A DNA stretch of 64,000 nt from Prasinococcaceae sp. CCMP 1430 (lineage: Eukaryota; Plantae; Prasinodermophyta): assembly GCA_013416795.1 (NCBI GenBank), contig RQSC01000630.1, positions 165,742 to 229,741 on the forward strand. The letters run 5' to 3'. The notes under the pieces were generated by a model. It was given only the letters and a program-made list of their open reading frames with translations, ran no database searches and had not been told where the DNA came from. This document shows positions 10,314 to 21,422 of the stretch, in pieces (within the stretch, counting starts at the first letter, position 1; every line of letters begins with the position of its first letter). The position numbers and the translations under genes are program-made.

Positions 10314-10745
10314 CTTCTCGATGGCGGCCGCGGCGCGCTTCTCGGCCTCGCCGGTCATGGCGTCGGAGATGTCGGTGGCGTACACCTGCGCGCCGCGCAG
10401 CGCGAGCGGCGCGGTGAGCGAGCCCGTGCCGCAGCCGCAGTCGACGACGCTGATGCCGTCGGCGCCGCCCTCGGCGTCCACCCACGCGAGCACCTTCTCC
10501 ACCGTCTGCGCGTGGCCCTCGCGGATGTCCAGCTGCACCTTGTTCACCTCGTCCGTCTCGCCGTAGATCTTCTGCCAGCGCTCGAAGCCCGTGCCGTTGA
10601 AGTAGTCCTTGACGCTCTTCATCTCGTCGCCGCCCGCCGCGGCGGCCATCTCCGAGCGGCGCTTCTCCGGGTCGGACTCGGCGAGCAGCGCCGCCGCGCC
10701 CATGCCCGCGGCGACCACGCCCGCCGCGAGGCCGCCCGCCCACTC
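10314..10745 (-). CDS. CHLM: Mg-protoporphyrin IX methyltransferase, N-terminal half only (5' cut by n at 10746; 3' runs into PEPC)
   Basis: DPEKRR...KDYFNGTGFERWQKIYGETDEVNKVQLDIREGH, SAM motif VVDCGCGTG, ATDISDAM. The expected C-terminal half (LDVxIHYP motif onward) is absent. Confidence 0.93.
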
Positions 10746-10746
10746 N

Positions 10747-11044
10747 TGGCCAGCCACGCCATGATCGCGTCGAGCGAGAAGTAGGCGACGCCCAGCGCCA
10801 GCCAAAAGAACGGGAACGTGGAGGCGTCGAAGCCCGCCATCATGAAGGACGTGATCGCGAAGATGAACACGCCGGTCTGGCCGACGAGCGAGCGCACGAC
10901 GAACTTTGCGAACATGTAGGGGACCACGCTGTACAGTCCCTCCTCGTGCTCGTTGAGGTACACCACTCGATCATTGATGAGCACCGGCAGGTTGGCGAAG
11001 CTTAGCAGGGCGCCGGTCGTGATGCTGATGTACAGGAAGCTCAC
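10747..11044 (-). CDS. ABCG-type transporter membrane-domain exon (fragment)
   Basis: After a CAG acceptor at 11045-11047: VSFLYISITTGALLSFANLPVLINDRVVYLNEHEEGLYSVVPYMFAKF...FWLALGVAYFSLDAIMAWLA. The DRxVYxxExxxGLY pattern is ABCG-typical. Ends at an n; no NBD nearby. Confidence 0.8.
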
Positions 11045-12702
11045 CTGCAAGCGCGCGCATGGGGGGGTGGCGCCGCTGCGCAGCGCCGCGCCGGCCGCCG
11101 GCAGGCTGGGGCTGGGGATGGGCCCGCGAGAGGGGGGCGGCGAAGGGGGAGAGGGAGGCGCGCGCGCCAGGCCAGCGGCGGGAGCGAGCGCGCGCCGCCC
11201 CGCGCGGAATGAGGCGATGAGTGAGAGGGGTCGCACGTGCGCGGGCGATGACAGACAGGCAGCTTGCTGTCGGTGGTGCGCGGCAGGCGAGTGTGCACGC
11301 GCGGGCGGGCGGGCATACACTGTCGCAGTCACCATCACGTGCTGAGCGCAGGCAGGAGCATCTGCGCGCGGCATCATCATCGGTCGAGAGCGGTCTGGGC
11401 GGTGGGGCGGTGCGTGACGCACACTGGCGGACGAGGCGGAGTCCCAACCGAACCACCGGCCGGCGATGCGGCAGCGGGTGAGCAGGAGTGAGGGTCGCCG
11501 CACGCGGCGCGCGAGTGCGGAGCAGTACAGCATTGTTGGTAGTGCTGCAATGCCAGCCAGCACCGGTGGGGCCGGTTTGCGGGCGGTGACGAGCCCCCCA
11601 CGTGCGCCCGGGCGCCCCGCGGGCTGTGGGTGGGGGCTCGGTCGGTTTGTGCTGCGACGGCACCGCGCTGCAACCCTAACGCCCCACATACGGTTTGAAA
11701 GGAGGGTCCAATGCCCACTTCCGATAATGACTGGCGCGCGCGCGACCGCGCGCGCGCGCGCGCGCGCGTGGGAAAAGATCTGCGCCGGCTTCCCGCGCGC
11801 GTCGTCGTCCGTTCCCAGTTCAGTTCAGTTCGCCTGCGAGGGTTCGCGGCGAGCGGCGCCGGCGCGCCACAGCGCGCCACGGCGCGCGGAGGGTTGGGTG
11901 CTTGCCATGGCGCCCCGGGCCGCTCGGCGCGGCTCCCGCCGGCTCCGATCCACCTCCTGCGCGCGCGGCGGCGGGATCGGGGGCGCGGACGGGTCGCGCG
12001 CTGAGTGACCGCACCAGCCCGCACGCCCCCCTCCCTCACACACACACGCCTCCCCGTGCCTGCACCCTCACGTCCCGACGCACGCGCGCGCGAGCGCGCG
12101 CGTGCGCCGCCCGCCGAGCCAAACGCACAAATGCCTGCGTTTCAAACTCCTCCCCCCTTGTTCAGCTGCTGTGCGCCCGTCCGCACGCTGCGCCTCCGGC
12201 CGCGGATCCGCGGCACACTCCGCTCCCGCGACTGCCCGGCCGACGCTGCTGACCTGTGACCGATCGATCGATCGACCCGAGCCAGATCGACACGACGAAC
12301 GACGACGAAAGCCGGCCGGCCCGCGCCGCCGCCGCAGAGGCGCGGATCCGGATCCGCGCCTGGGTCGCCGGTTTTGACCGCCGCGCGACCGCCGGCGACG
12401 GCGGCGGGATTGTCATCCAAATAACGGGGGCCGCGCGGCGGGGCCCTTCCTTCCGCGGCCCCATCAATTCGCGCTCCCTTCTTCCTCGTGCGCTCTCGCG
12501 GGGCGGACGCCAGGGATTCCATTTCACATTGAGTTTTTGTTTTGGTTTTGGGGAATCCATAGATGCATCTTGATATACGATGTGGTACGCAGATGGTGCG
12601 GATTCGCTGCGAGCGCCGCGCGGGTGTTTGCCAGCGCGCGCGCGCTCCCCTTCCCCTTCCGCCAACAGCCCGCGCGCGCCGGTGCGCGCCCCCGCCGCGT
12701 AG

Positions 12703-13055
12703 ATTGACTACCAGGACATCTCGTACTACTCCGCGCCGAAGACGAAGGAGAAGAAAGCGTCCATGGACGAGGTGGACCCCGAGCTCGTGCGGACCTTCGA
12801 CAAGCTGGGCATCCCGCTCAACGAGCAGAAGCGACTTGCCAACGTCGCCGTGGACGTGGTGTTCGACAGCGTGTCCATCGCGACGACGTTCAAGGAGGAC
12901 CTCGCCAAGGCCGGCGTGATCTTCTGCAGCATCTCGGAGGCGGTGAAGGACTACCCCGAGCTGGTGAAGAAGTACCTGGGCACGGTCGTCCCGCCGAGGG
13001 ACAACTACTTCGCCGCGCTCAACAGCGCGGTGTTTACAGACGGCAGCTTCGTGTT

Positions 13056-13094
<39 letters not shown>

Positions 13095-13407
13095 GTACTT
13101 CCGCATCAACGAGATGGAAACCGGGCAGTTCGAGCGCACGCTCATCGTCGCCGAGGAGGGTTCGCACGTGTCCTACCTTGAGGGGTGCACCGCCCCCGCA
13201 TACGACGAGAACCAGTTGCACGCTGCCATCGTCGAGCTCGTGTGCGAGAAGGACGCGGAGATCAAGTACTCGACGGTGCAGAACTGGTACGCCGGCGACG
13301 CCGAGGGCAGGGGTGGCATCTACAATTTCGTGACCAAGCGGGGGCTGTGCGCTGGCGAAAACTCCAAGATCTCCTGGACGCAGGTGGAGACCGGGTCGGC
13401 CGTCACG

Positions 13408-13439
<32 letters not shown>

Positions 13440-13917
13440 CAACTCCGTGGGTGAGTTCTACTCGGTGGCGCTCACCAACAACATGCAGCAGGCCGACACG
13501 GGCACCAAGATGGTGCACATCGGGAAGAACACGCGCTCGCGCATCGTCTCGAAGGGCATCTCGGCGGGCAAGTCGCAGAACGCCTACCGCGGGCTCGTGC
13601 AGGTGCAGCCGACCGCGGTGGGCGCGCGCAACTACTCGCAGTGCGACAGCATGCTCATCGGCGACAACGCGGCGGCCAACACGTACCCGTACATCTCGGT
13701 GCGCGATCCGGCGAGCCGCGTTGAGCACGAGGCGTCCACCTCGAAGATCGGCGAGGAACAGCTCTTCTACTTCCAGCAGCGCGGGATCGACCTCGAGGAG
13801 GCGGTAGGCGTGATCATCAGCGGCTTCTGTCAGGACGTCTTCCGGGAGCTCCCGCTCGAGTTCGCCGCGGAGGTGTCGCAGCTCATGAGCCTCAAGCTCG
13901 AGAATGCCGTCGGCTGA
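12703..13917 (+). CDS. SUFB: Plastid Fe-S cluster assembly protein SufB (last exon; 5' exon(s) missing)
   Basis: After AG at 12701-12702: [13 protein letters not shown]...[74 protein letters not shown]. Confidence 0.97.
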
Positions 13918-14272
13918 AGCCCCTGCCCAGGTCGCTGCGCGCATGGCCGGCACGCGGCGATGGCCGGCCGAGATGTCGCGCGAAGGTGCGCTGAGTTTTG
14001 TAACATATACGAGGGGTTGGCTTTCCTTTTCTCGCGGAGTGCTCTGATGTCGGGCTCGACAGGCGGGCGGCGCGAGCGCGCAGGCCCGAGCGACGTCATC
14101 GAGGCGCTGGTTTGTCTAGTCTTTGTTTTTGTTACTGCGTCGCGCCGCAGATACTTATTGCTCGCCAGGCCCGCAGCTAGAGGAGCGCGCCGGGTGTGCC
14201 CTCAACACTACGTGAGCAAGAGGTCGCCTGGCAGTCACGGGAGCGACCGAGGCGTAGCGCTGCGTTGCGCAG

Positions 14273-14937
14273 TCAGAGGCCGAACTCCGCCTCCAGGTCG
14301 GCAAGGTCGGCGTCGGCGTCGTCCTCCCCCAGCGGTCCGTCGAGCGCGCCCGGGATATAGTTCAGCCTCACGTCGAAGACCACCGGCGCGCCCTCGGGAA
14401 TGGCCGGTCGGCCCGGCGCGGCTGGCAAGGACTTGCCGTAGCTCAGCTCGCCCTCGATGAACATGCGCCGAACGCCGCCCCTGCGTGCGCGTGCGCGTGC
14501 GCGCGCAGTTGCGTCAGCGATGGGGCCATCAGGCGGGCCCTCCGGGCGGGCGCTTTCGGCGGACGCACTCGCGCGCATACGCACATCTTCATGCCCATGA
14601 CGCCCTCGTCCAGGCCTAGGATGAGCAGCGGTTCCTCTGTGCCGACGCGAATATCGATGGGGCTGCCACGGTCGAGCGAGTCCTCGAAAATCTGCGCGCC
14701 CATGCCCTTGTCGATGGACCCCACCGTGTCGATGCTCACCTGGTCGCCCGGCACCGGCCCGTCGCCGCTGCCCTCGATGATGTCGATGTACTTGAGACCG
14801 CTCGGCGTCGTCACGGGCTGTACCTCCGCGATGGACTCCTCGCACGCGCTGTCGCAAAGGATCTTGTGCGTCCCCGCGTCCGCCAGCTTGATGGCCGCCG
14901 CGGGCCCCGCCGCGGCGCCCGCGAGCGCCGCCGAGCG
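14273..14937 (-). CDS. Thylakoid-lumen FKBP-type PPIase, FKBP17-1-like; exons 14937-14585 and 14480-14273, transit-peptide exon unresolved
   Basis: AGPAAA cleavage-like site, LCDSACEES, TTPSGLKY, IFEDSL, GLDEGVMGMK. Intron 14481-14584, then GGVRRMFI...LPAAPGRPAIP...VVFDVRLNYIPG. Confidence 0.85.
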
Positions 14938-15255
14938 CTGTCATCACCGCGAGCGCCCCCACCGCCCCGGCGAACACTCTCGCGCGCGAGGTCGACGCCC
15001 GTGCCACCTCCCACACCATATCCAAATGTCATTTTATCCACACGCCTTCGGGGCAGCCCACGTCAGCCAGAGAGAGACCTGCGGCCGGCACAGACCACCG
15101 CTGCAAGCTGGGATAAATACTACAACGCAACGCAGCGGCGCGTGCGGCGAGGCGCGAAAACAACAACCAGGCGCCCGCGGATCGAAAGACGGGCATCGGA
15201 CGCCCCTCTCTCTCTCTCTCCAGTGCTCTCTCGTCGCCTGGTCGATCGATCGTCC

Positions 15256-15534
<279 letters not shown>

Positions 15535-16199
15535 CGCAGGTACGCCGCGCGCGCGCCCTGCGCTCGGAGGCGGGGTCGGTGGGTAGGGCTTTCGGCGTCT
15601 CTCTTTTTTTTTTTTGGTGGCGTCGGGAGGAGGGGAGAGGAGGCGCGCGGAGTGGGACGATGGGCGCGCGCGCGAGGGCGCGCGGCCGCGCGCGCGCGCG
15701 CGCGCGACGCGGGATTCGGGGGATTGCGAGGCGCCCTTGCGCCCCATGCCGCGGCCTCAGCCCTCGGTGGGAGGCGGGTGGGTGGGGAGGCGCCTCTGCT
15801 CCTGCGCGCATGCCCTGCCTGGGTGGTGTGCGCGTGCGCTGGCGTGGCAAGAAATGCCTCGGCAAAAAAAAAAAGAAGGCGGCGAGTGCATGGGTGGACG
15901 CGACGGCTACGGGGTTGCCGAGCGGGCGTGAGCGCGGCCCCTCTTTGTGGTGTGGCTGCGTGTGCTCGCCGGACAGTCGCGCGTGACTGTGCGCATGGCC
16001 GGGCGCTCGGCGCAATGCCGAACGCCGCAGGGCCCGCACGTCGCCGTGCGCGCGAGGCTGGTCCGGTCTGTCTGGCGGCTGTGTGCGCGCCGCAAACCGC
16101 CGCAAACCGCAGTGTGCGCAACGGCCGGTAGTGGGCGCTCGCAGCCATCTCGCGGGGCGAGTGGTTGTGTGCGACCGCGTCCAACATTTGCCTGCGCAC

Positions 16200-16784
16200 A
16201 TGCGAGTGCGCCCGCATGCCGCCGCCGGTGGAGGCTCGTCGGTCGGGTGCTCAGCAGGGAGCGCTGGCGTGGCACTCCGCGACACTCTCATGCTCTTGCA
16301 CGAGCATGAGGCTTCGCTCGCGTTGAGATGCTTGCCGCTGACTTGTCCGTCTGCGCGCGCGCTCGCGCTGCTTGTTGTGCGATTTCCCATGCCCATAGGC
16401 TCGGCGCGTGTGAGCTGCTCGGTGGCCGTGACGAAGACCGCCGATGAGCGCCGCGCCCGCCGCGCGAAGGGTGTCCGCTCGAAGATGCATGGCACCGAGG
16501 AGCGCCCGCGCCTGTCGGTGTACCGCAGCAACACGCACATGTACGCTCAGATCATCAACGACGACGAGGGGAAGACTCTCTGCGCGTACAACACCCGCAT
16601 GAAGGACTTCGAGCTGGACAACACCTGGGACAAGGAGGCGGCGGAGCTGGTGGGTAAGAAGGTCGCGGAGAAGGCATTGGCTGCGGGCGTGGAGAAGGTG
16701 TGCTTCGACCGCTCGGGGTTCAAATACCATGGGCGCATTGCGAGCGTCGCCGACGGGGCGCGCGAGGGCGGCCTGAAGTTCTAA
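16200..16784 (+). CDS. RPL18: Plastid 50S ribosomal protein L18 (start/5' exon uncertain)
   Basis: [55 protein letters not shown]; N-terminal extension. Confidence 0.93.
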   Translation: MRVRPHAAAGGGSSVGCSAGSAGVALRDTLMLLHEHEASLALRCLPLTCPSARALALLVVRFPMPIGSARVSCSVAVTKTADERRARRAKGVRSKMHGTEERPRLSVYRSNTHMYAQIINDDEGKTLCAYNTRMKDFELDNTWDKEAAELVGKKVAEKALAAGVEKVCFDRSGFKYHGRIASVADGAREGGLKF

Positions 16785-16959
16785 TTATGCCCCCCACTTC
16801 ACCCTGTGACATGTAAGATCTATTTGACTACCCTCTACCCTCGCGGCGGCTTGCGCCGCGGCACTAGTGGCATCAGCGGGCCAGCGGGGTGATTGACGCG
16901 CGGTGCGTTGTAGTCGTTTCTTAGAGCCACACTTCAATCGTCGCGCGAGCACCCCGTCC

Positions 16960-19900
16960 TCACGCGAACTGCTCTAGTTCGCCTCTGCCGTCCTCGTCCG
17001 CGAAGCGCACCTTGCGCGCATTGCCATTGCGACGAGCAGTCTCAGGGGGCACGACGGCCCCGGAAGCCGCCAATCGCTCTTGAATGGCCGCGGCGTCGAC
17101 CGCGCCGCCGCCAGCGGTGGTCGACTGCAGCCACGCACACAATTCGCGGTACGCGGCCAGCTTCGTGGCCACCTCAAGAGAGCGCGGCGAGGGCGACTGC
17201 GATCCCTCGCGAGCCTTCAGGCAGCTCTTGAGTCGCTTGGTGGGCGGCGCGACGCTGGTGCCCCCGTACATGAGCGACCCAGGACGCCGCCTCGCGACGG
17301 GTGATGAGCGCGGCGGGCTGAGCGGGAGCGCAGAGGGCGGCGGCGAGCCGATGTGGCCATCCCGTCCCTGCGGCGTAGTGTGTAGCGGCTTTGACTTCTG
17401 CGTGGACCGGCGCACGGCCCGTACCTTGCGCGCGGCGCTGAGCAGCTTGGCACCACGCCTGCGGCTGCCAACGAAGCTCGAACCGCTGGCACCGTCACCC
17501 TGCTGCGAGGCCGGAGTCGACGCCGGAGGAGAGTCATCCGACGACGCCGCACGCACCATTTCCATTTGGCTTTGCGGGCTCATCGCCGTCTTTCGATTAG
17601 CGCTTAGCGATGTGGCGCGGGCAGAGGCCGACTTGTCAGCGCCCTGGCCATCGGGGGCTTCATCCGCCGGCGACTCCTCTCCTGCGACCATATCGAACTC
17701 GGCTTTGAGAGTGCGGACCTCCGGAGAGGCTGCCGCGGCTGCCCCTTTGTGCGCGTAAGGCGGAGACACTCCGTGCCCCTCGGAGCTGCCAAGCTCTAGC
17801 GGGCTCGGCGGCACAACTGCTGGCACGCCGGTGGCCCCCGCACCGTCTCCCGGCCCTGGCGCCTCGAGCCCGTTGTCATCGTCGGCATCGAACGCTGCTC
17901 CGGCCTCTTTGGGTGGGGTGAGGGACGCGGCGGCGTCAGATGCCTCGGTCGCCGCGGTCGTGGCGACGTAGGCCGCGTTCACAGCAGCGTCGGCTGTCGC
18001 AGCAACCCTGGCGAGCTTGTCATCTGTCTCCCGTGCCCGACTCTCCAGCGCCTGCACTCGCGCAACCAGCGCGGCGTTCTCGGAGCGCTGCTTGGAGGCC
18101 TCAGCAACGGCCTCCTGAGTGAGAGCGCGCAACTGCTCGATCTGTGCCAGCATTTCCGCCGCGGACACGATTGTGCCCTGCGCAGCTGCCGCAGCCGCCT
18201 CGGGTGACGCACCCTGCGCGCCCACGCGCATGGTATCCATGCTAATAGCCGTGGGCGTCTGCGGCGAAAGCGCGGAACGATGCGCACCGCCACGAGGCCT
18301 GGCCTCGTCACTTGCCGACGCAGGCGGTCGAACCCACGCGCTCAGCTCGATCTGCTCCGCTCGGTCGCCTAGCGGCGTGAAGTCGTCTGAGACCATCACC
18401 TGCTTTGGCCAGCACACTTGCGGGTCCTCGTCGTGCTGTGGCCGGGTCCTCTGCTCGTGCTGAACCCTTTGCGCCGGCTCCTTCGCCAGACCGCGCGTGC
18501 ACACTTCGACCCACTCCATTGAGGGATTGACCGCCACAAGTTCCCCGCTCGTGAGGCGAATCCGTAGAACGCCTTTGTCCGAGCCCGCTTTGGTGCACAC
18601 CACTCCTGCGACCCACTTACGCGCAGAGTCGACATCGGTGGGACTCTCGCACCAGTAGCAGCGCACATCGACGCCGCCACGACGCGAGAGCTCCACCAGC
18701 GCCGACGCCGATGTCTCCCGTGCCCACCTAGGGGCCACATCGCCGTCTGATGCAGCTGTCTCAGAGACGTGCGTGCCCGCAGGCGCCTCGGCATCGGCGC
18801 TAAATCCTATCGAAATGCCACCATTGAAGTACGGCGCGCGCGCGGAGCAGAGGGCGTTGAGAGAAGTGCCCATCTGCTTTCGCATGGCTGCAACAGCGGA
18901 GGGAGGAAGCATTTTTTCTCCTTCCGGTGGGAGAGCAACCGCGACCTTGTTGAGATTGAGGATTTGCACGCCCTCGGCATTCTCGAAGCGAAGCACGCTC
19001 TCGCCGTTGGTCAGGTGTGCGAGCACTGTCGCGCTCGTAGCCATGCGATCGGCACTGAGCAGCGTCAACTTCTGCCCTGGTCTGCATATGAAAGTGCCCT
19101 TGCGCTTGGGCGCCCGAGTTGCTGATGAGGCTGGCGGCGAAGAGACGGCCGCCGTGGACACATCGCATGCAGGCTCGACCTCGATATCATCCTCGGGGGC
19201 CGGATCCACTACTGAGGTTCCTACCATAGGGGCCTCCTCTGCGTCCCTTTCCTCCGTCCGCGCCTCGCCTTGTGTGCTGGCCGCGATCTGCTCGGCCTCC
19301 ATTGCTAAGGGCTCCTCGGACTCCTCGCGCACCTGCTCCACGGCGACTGCAGATGCCTCATTGGCGGCGGCCTCCGCCTCTGTGGGGGCGTTGACTTCTT
19401 CGCCATCGCGCCCCTCGACCTCGACGGCTACTGCAGCTGCTGCCACAGAAGTGACCATGGCATGAGCGCCGGTGGCTGTCTCGACCTCTGCGAAAGTCGC
19501 CTTATCGCCGTTAGCCTCACCCTCGCCATCAGCCGCAGCCTCAGCATGGGCTCCCTCCTCAGCCTGGGGCTGGGCAATAGCGTGGGCGCTCGCCTCGGTC
19601 GCGGCCTGGGCGCACGTGCTTGGCCCAGCATCGTCCTCGCCCTTGACCGCGGCATCGCGAGCATCAAGCAAGGCAACGACTCCCTCGGAGCGACCGCCAC
19701 AAGCGACAGTCGCCTCAGCTGGAGCGTCGTGTTGTGCGGTCTCGTCGCCGGCAGCCTGGGCGGCCTCGCCGTCAGCTTCGCGCTTGGGAGATATTTCCGA
19801 ACCCTGCGCCTCGCCCTTGGTGATCTTCTTCAGGAATCTTGCTTCGCGCGTCCTCCTCATGCGCGCGCGGACGGCCTCCTTCTTGGCCTCTGGGTCCAAT

Positions 19901-20376
19901 TCGCTCTCAGGGATCTCGCCGCGCGCTTTGGCTGCTTCGGCCCTCAACCTTCGCATGCGCAGCCTGGCCATCTCCTTCCTCTCGGCCTTCGTGAGCTTCT
20001 TCTTCGGCGCCAGTGCCTTGCCGGTGGTTGTCCCATCCTGCGCCTTCTTCGGTTTCCTCTTGCCGCTGGCGCGAGGCTTGCGCTGCACTGCCGGGGGCGC
20101 GTCCTCCTCGGGCTTCTCCGCGGTCTGTCTGGCGGGCCGCGACATGCGGCGAGGCGCGTGGGCCGCGCTCTGCTCTTCGACGGCGGCAGCCCCCTCATTC
20201 GCCGGCTGCGGTGGCCTGCGAGCTGCCCTCCTCGCCCTGTACTCGGCAGCCCTCTTGGCCTTGGCGGCCCTTTCCTCGGCCCTTTTCCTCGTGCGCTCCG
20301 CGTTGTATTGGCGGTGGTACTCCTTGCGGTCGTCCGCCGTCTGCGGCGTGCCGGCGCCCGCTGCCTGCGGCTCCAT
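16960..20376 (-). CDS. Large low-complexity hypothetical protein (basic N-terminus, acidic linker, two small globular segments)
   Basis: Single long ORF; first convincing ATG at 20376 (MEPQAAG...). Lys/Arg-rich helical repeats, then Ala/Glu/Ser-rich regions. Confidence 0.75.
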   Translation of the reverse strand: MEPQAAGAGTPQTADDRKEYHRQYNAERTRKRAEERAAKAKRAAEYRARRAARRPPQPANEGAAAVEEQSAAHAPRRMSRPARQTAEKPEEDAPPAVQRKPRASGKRKPKKAQDGTTTGKALAPKKKLTKAERKEMARLRMRRLRAEAAKARGEIPESELDPEAKKEAVRARMRRTREARFLKKITKGEAQGSEISPKREADGEAAQAAGDETAQHDAPAEATVACGGRSEGVVALLDARDAAVKGEDDAGPSTCAQAATEASAHAIAQPQAEEGAHAEAAADGEGEANGDKATFAEVETATGAHAMVTSVAAAAVAVEVEGRDGEEVNAPTEAEAAANEASAVAVEQVREESEEPLAMEAEQIAASTQGEARTEERDAEEAPMVGTSVVDPAPEDDIEVEPACDVSTAAVSSPPASSATRAPKRKGTFICRPGQKLTLLSADRMATSATVLAHLTNGESVLRFENAEGVQILNLNKVAVALPPEGEKMLPPSAVAAMRKQMGTSLNALCSARAPYFNGGISIGFSADAEAPAGTHVSETAASDGDVAPRWARETSASALVELSRRGGVDVRCYWCESPTDVDSARKWVAGVVCTKAGSDKGVLRIRLTSGELVAVNPSMEWVEVCTRGLAKEPAQRVQHEQRTRPQHDEDPQVCWPKQVMVSDDFTPLGDRAEQIELSAWVRPPASASDEARPRGGAHRSALSPQTPTAISMDTMRVGAQGASPEAAAAAAQGTIVSAAEMLAQIEQLRALTQEAVAEASKQRSENAALVARVQALESRARETDDKLARVAATADAAVNAAYVATTAATEASDAAASLTPPKEAGAAFDADDDNGLEAPGPGDGAGATGVPAVVPPSPLELGSSEGHGVSPPYAHKGAAAAASPEVRTLKAEFDMVAGEESPADEAPDGQGADKSASARATSLSANRKTAMSPQSQMEMVRAASSDDSPPASTPASQQGDGASGSSFVGSRRRGAKLLSAARKVRAVRRSTQKSKPLHTTPQGRDGHIGSPPPSALPLSPPRSSPVARRRPGSLMYGGTSVAPPTKRLKSCLKAREGSQSPSPRSLEVATKLAAYRELCAWLQSTTAGGGAVDAAAIQERLAASGAVVPPETARRNGNARKVRFADEDGRGELEQFA

Positions 20377-21318
20377 CGGCTTTCGCGCGCCCGCTCGCGG
20401 GGCGCGCGCGCGCGAGGGGAGAGGGAGCGGGCGGGGGGGGGAGGTTGGCGGGCCGCGCGCGGGCACGCATCGCAAACTTCATTTACGGTTCTATTTAATC
20501 AGGGTTTGAATTGGGTTCGCCTCGCCCCGCCCCGCCATTCCCTTTGACACGCGGTCGTGCGGGGCGGGCGGGCGGGCTGTTTGGGTTGGGCGCGCTCCCG
20601 AGGGGGCTCCGATCACGCGCGGCGGGAACGCGCGCGCGGCCCGCCAAAAAACCGAAACGCGAGTTCCCGCCCGAAACACCGCCCGGCAGAACGCTGGTCG
20701 GTTGATGGCTTGGGGGGGCGGGGTCGATCGATCGAGGGGGTCGGGGCCGCGAAGGCCGATGATCCGGGGAATCGACGGGAGGAAACGGGGAAGCGAGGCG
20801 AAGGGAAGCGCAAACAGACCTGGTCAGGCGACGGCAAGGCCGGGGTGAGGACGGGTGGGCGGCCGCGCGCGGTGGTGGGTGTGTGCGTGCGCGGGCGGGT
20901 GGGTGGGTGGGTGGGTGGGGCATGCGGGGACACGCGGGGAGGCGCGCTACAGCCGGGGTCTGACTTGGCGCGGACGCGGACTGGGGTTCGGGAGCGCCGC
21001 CGGCGTGGAGGTGAGCGGGGCGCAGGCTGTGCGCGCCGCTGCGGCGCTCCCCCCCCCCCCGACCACCTGAAAGGACGGCGGCCAACGCAACGTCGCATCC
21101 CTCCGCCCAAACGCGCGCTTTGTGGACGCAATGGTGCATCTTCGCAAATGAGGGATTGCGATTAGCCATCAGCGCACCATCATATGGTGGTGGGATGCGC
21201 TCCGCCAATGGTAGCGTCGTGGCCCTGGAATTAGCAGATATGTAGTGGGCGCGGCCTCTGCTAGCTGCTGCTGAGGTACAAGGTCCCTTCGAGAGTGCTC
21301 GTGCACCCTTGCGTCCGT

Positions 21319-21360
21319 CGCTGTCGTTGTCGCTGTCGTTGTCGCTGTCGTTGTCGTTGC
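21319..21360. repeat. Short tandem repeat (CGCTGT/CGTTGT units)
   Basis: Read directly; lies downstream of the zinc-finger gene. Confidence 0.8.
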
Positions 21361-21422
21361 CTTTGTCCTGCTGTCGCTGCTTGCGCCGCCACCACGATCC
21401 GCCGCGCTGGACGGCCGGAGCG

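Noticed and set aside
7248-10784. Long + strand ORFs (710, 412, 315 aa) over the PEPC region
   Set aside because: Antisense shadows caused by extreme GC3 bias; no protein motifs.
10746-10805. Apparent ABCG-ChlM-PEPC triple fusion
   Set aside because: The ABCG/ChlM boundary is exactly the single n at 10746, a scaffold join.
12142-13953. 603-aa minus-strand ORF
   Set aside because: Antisense shadow of SufB.
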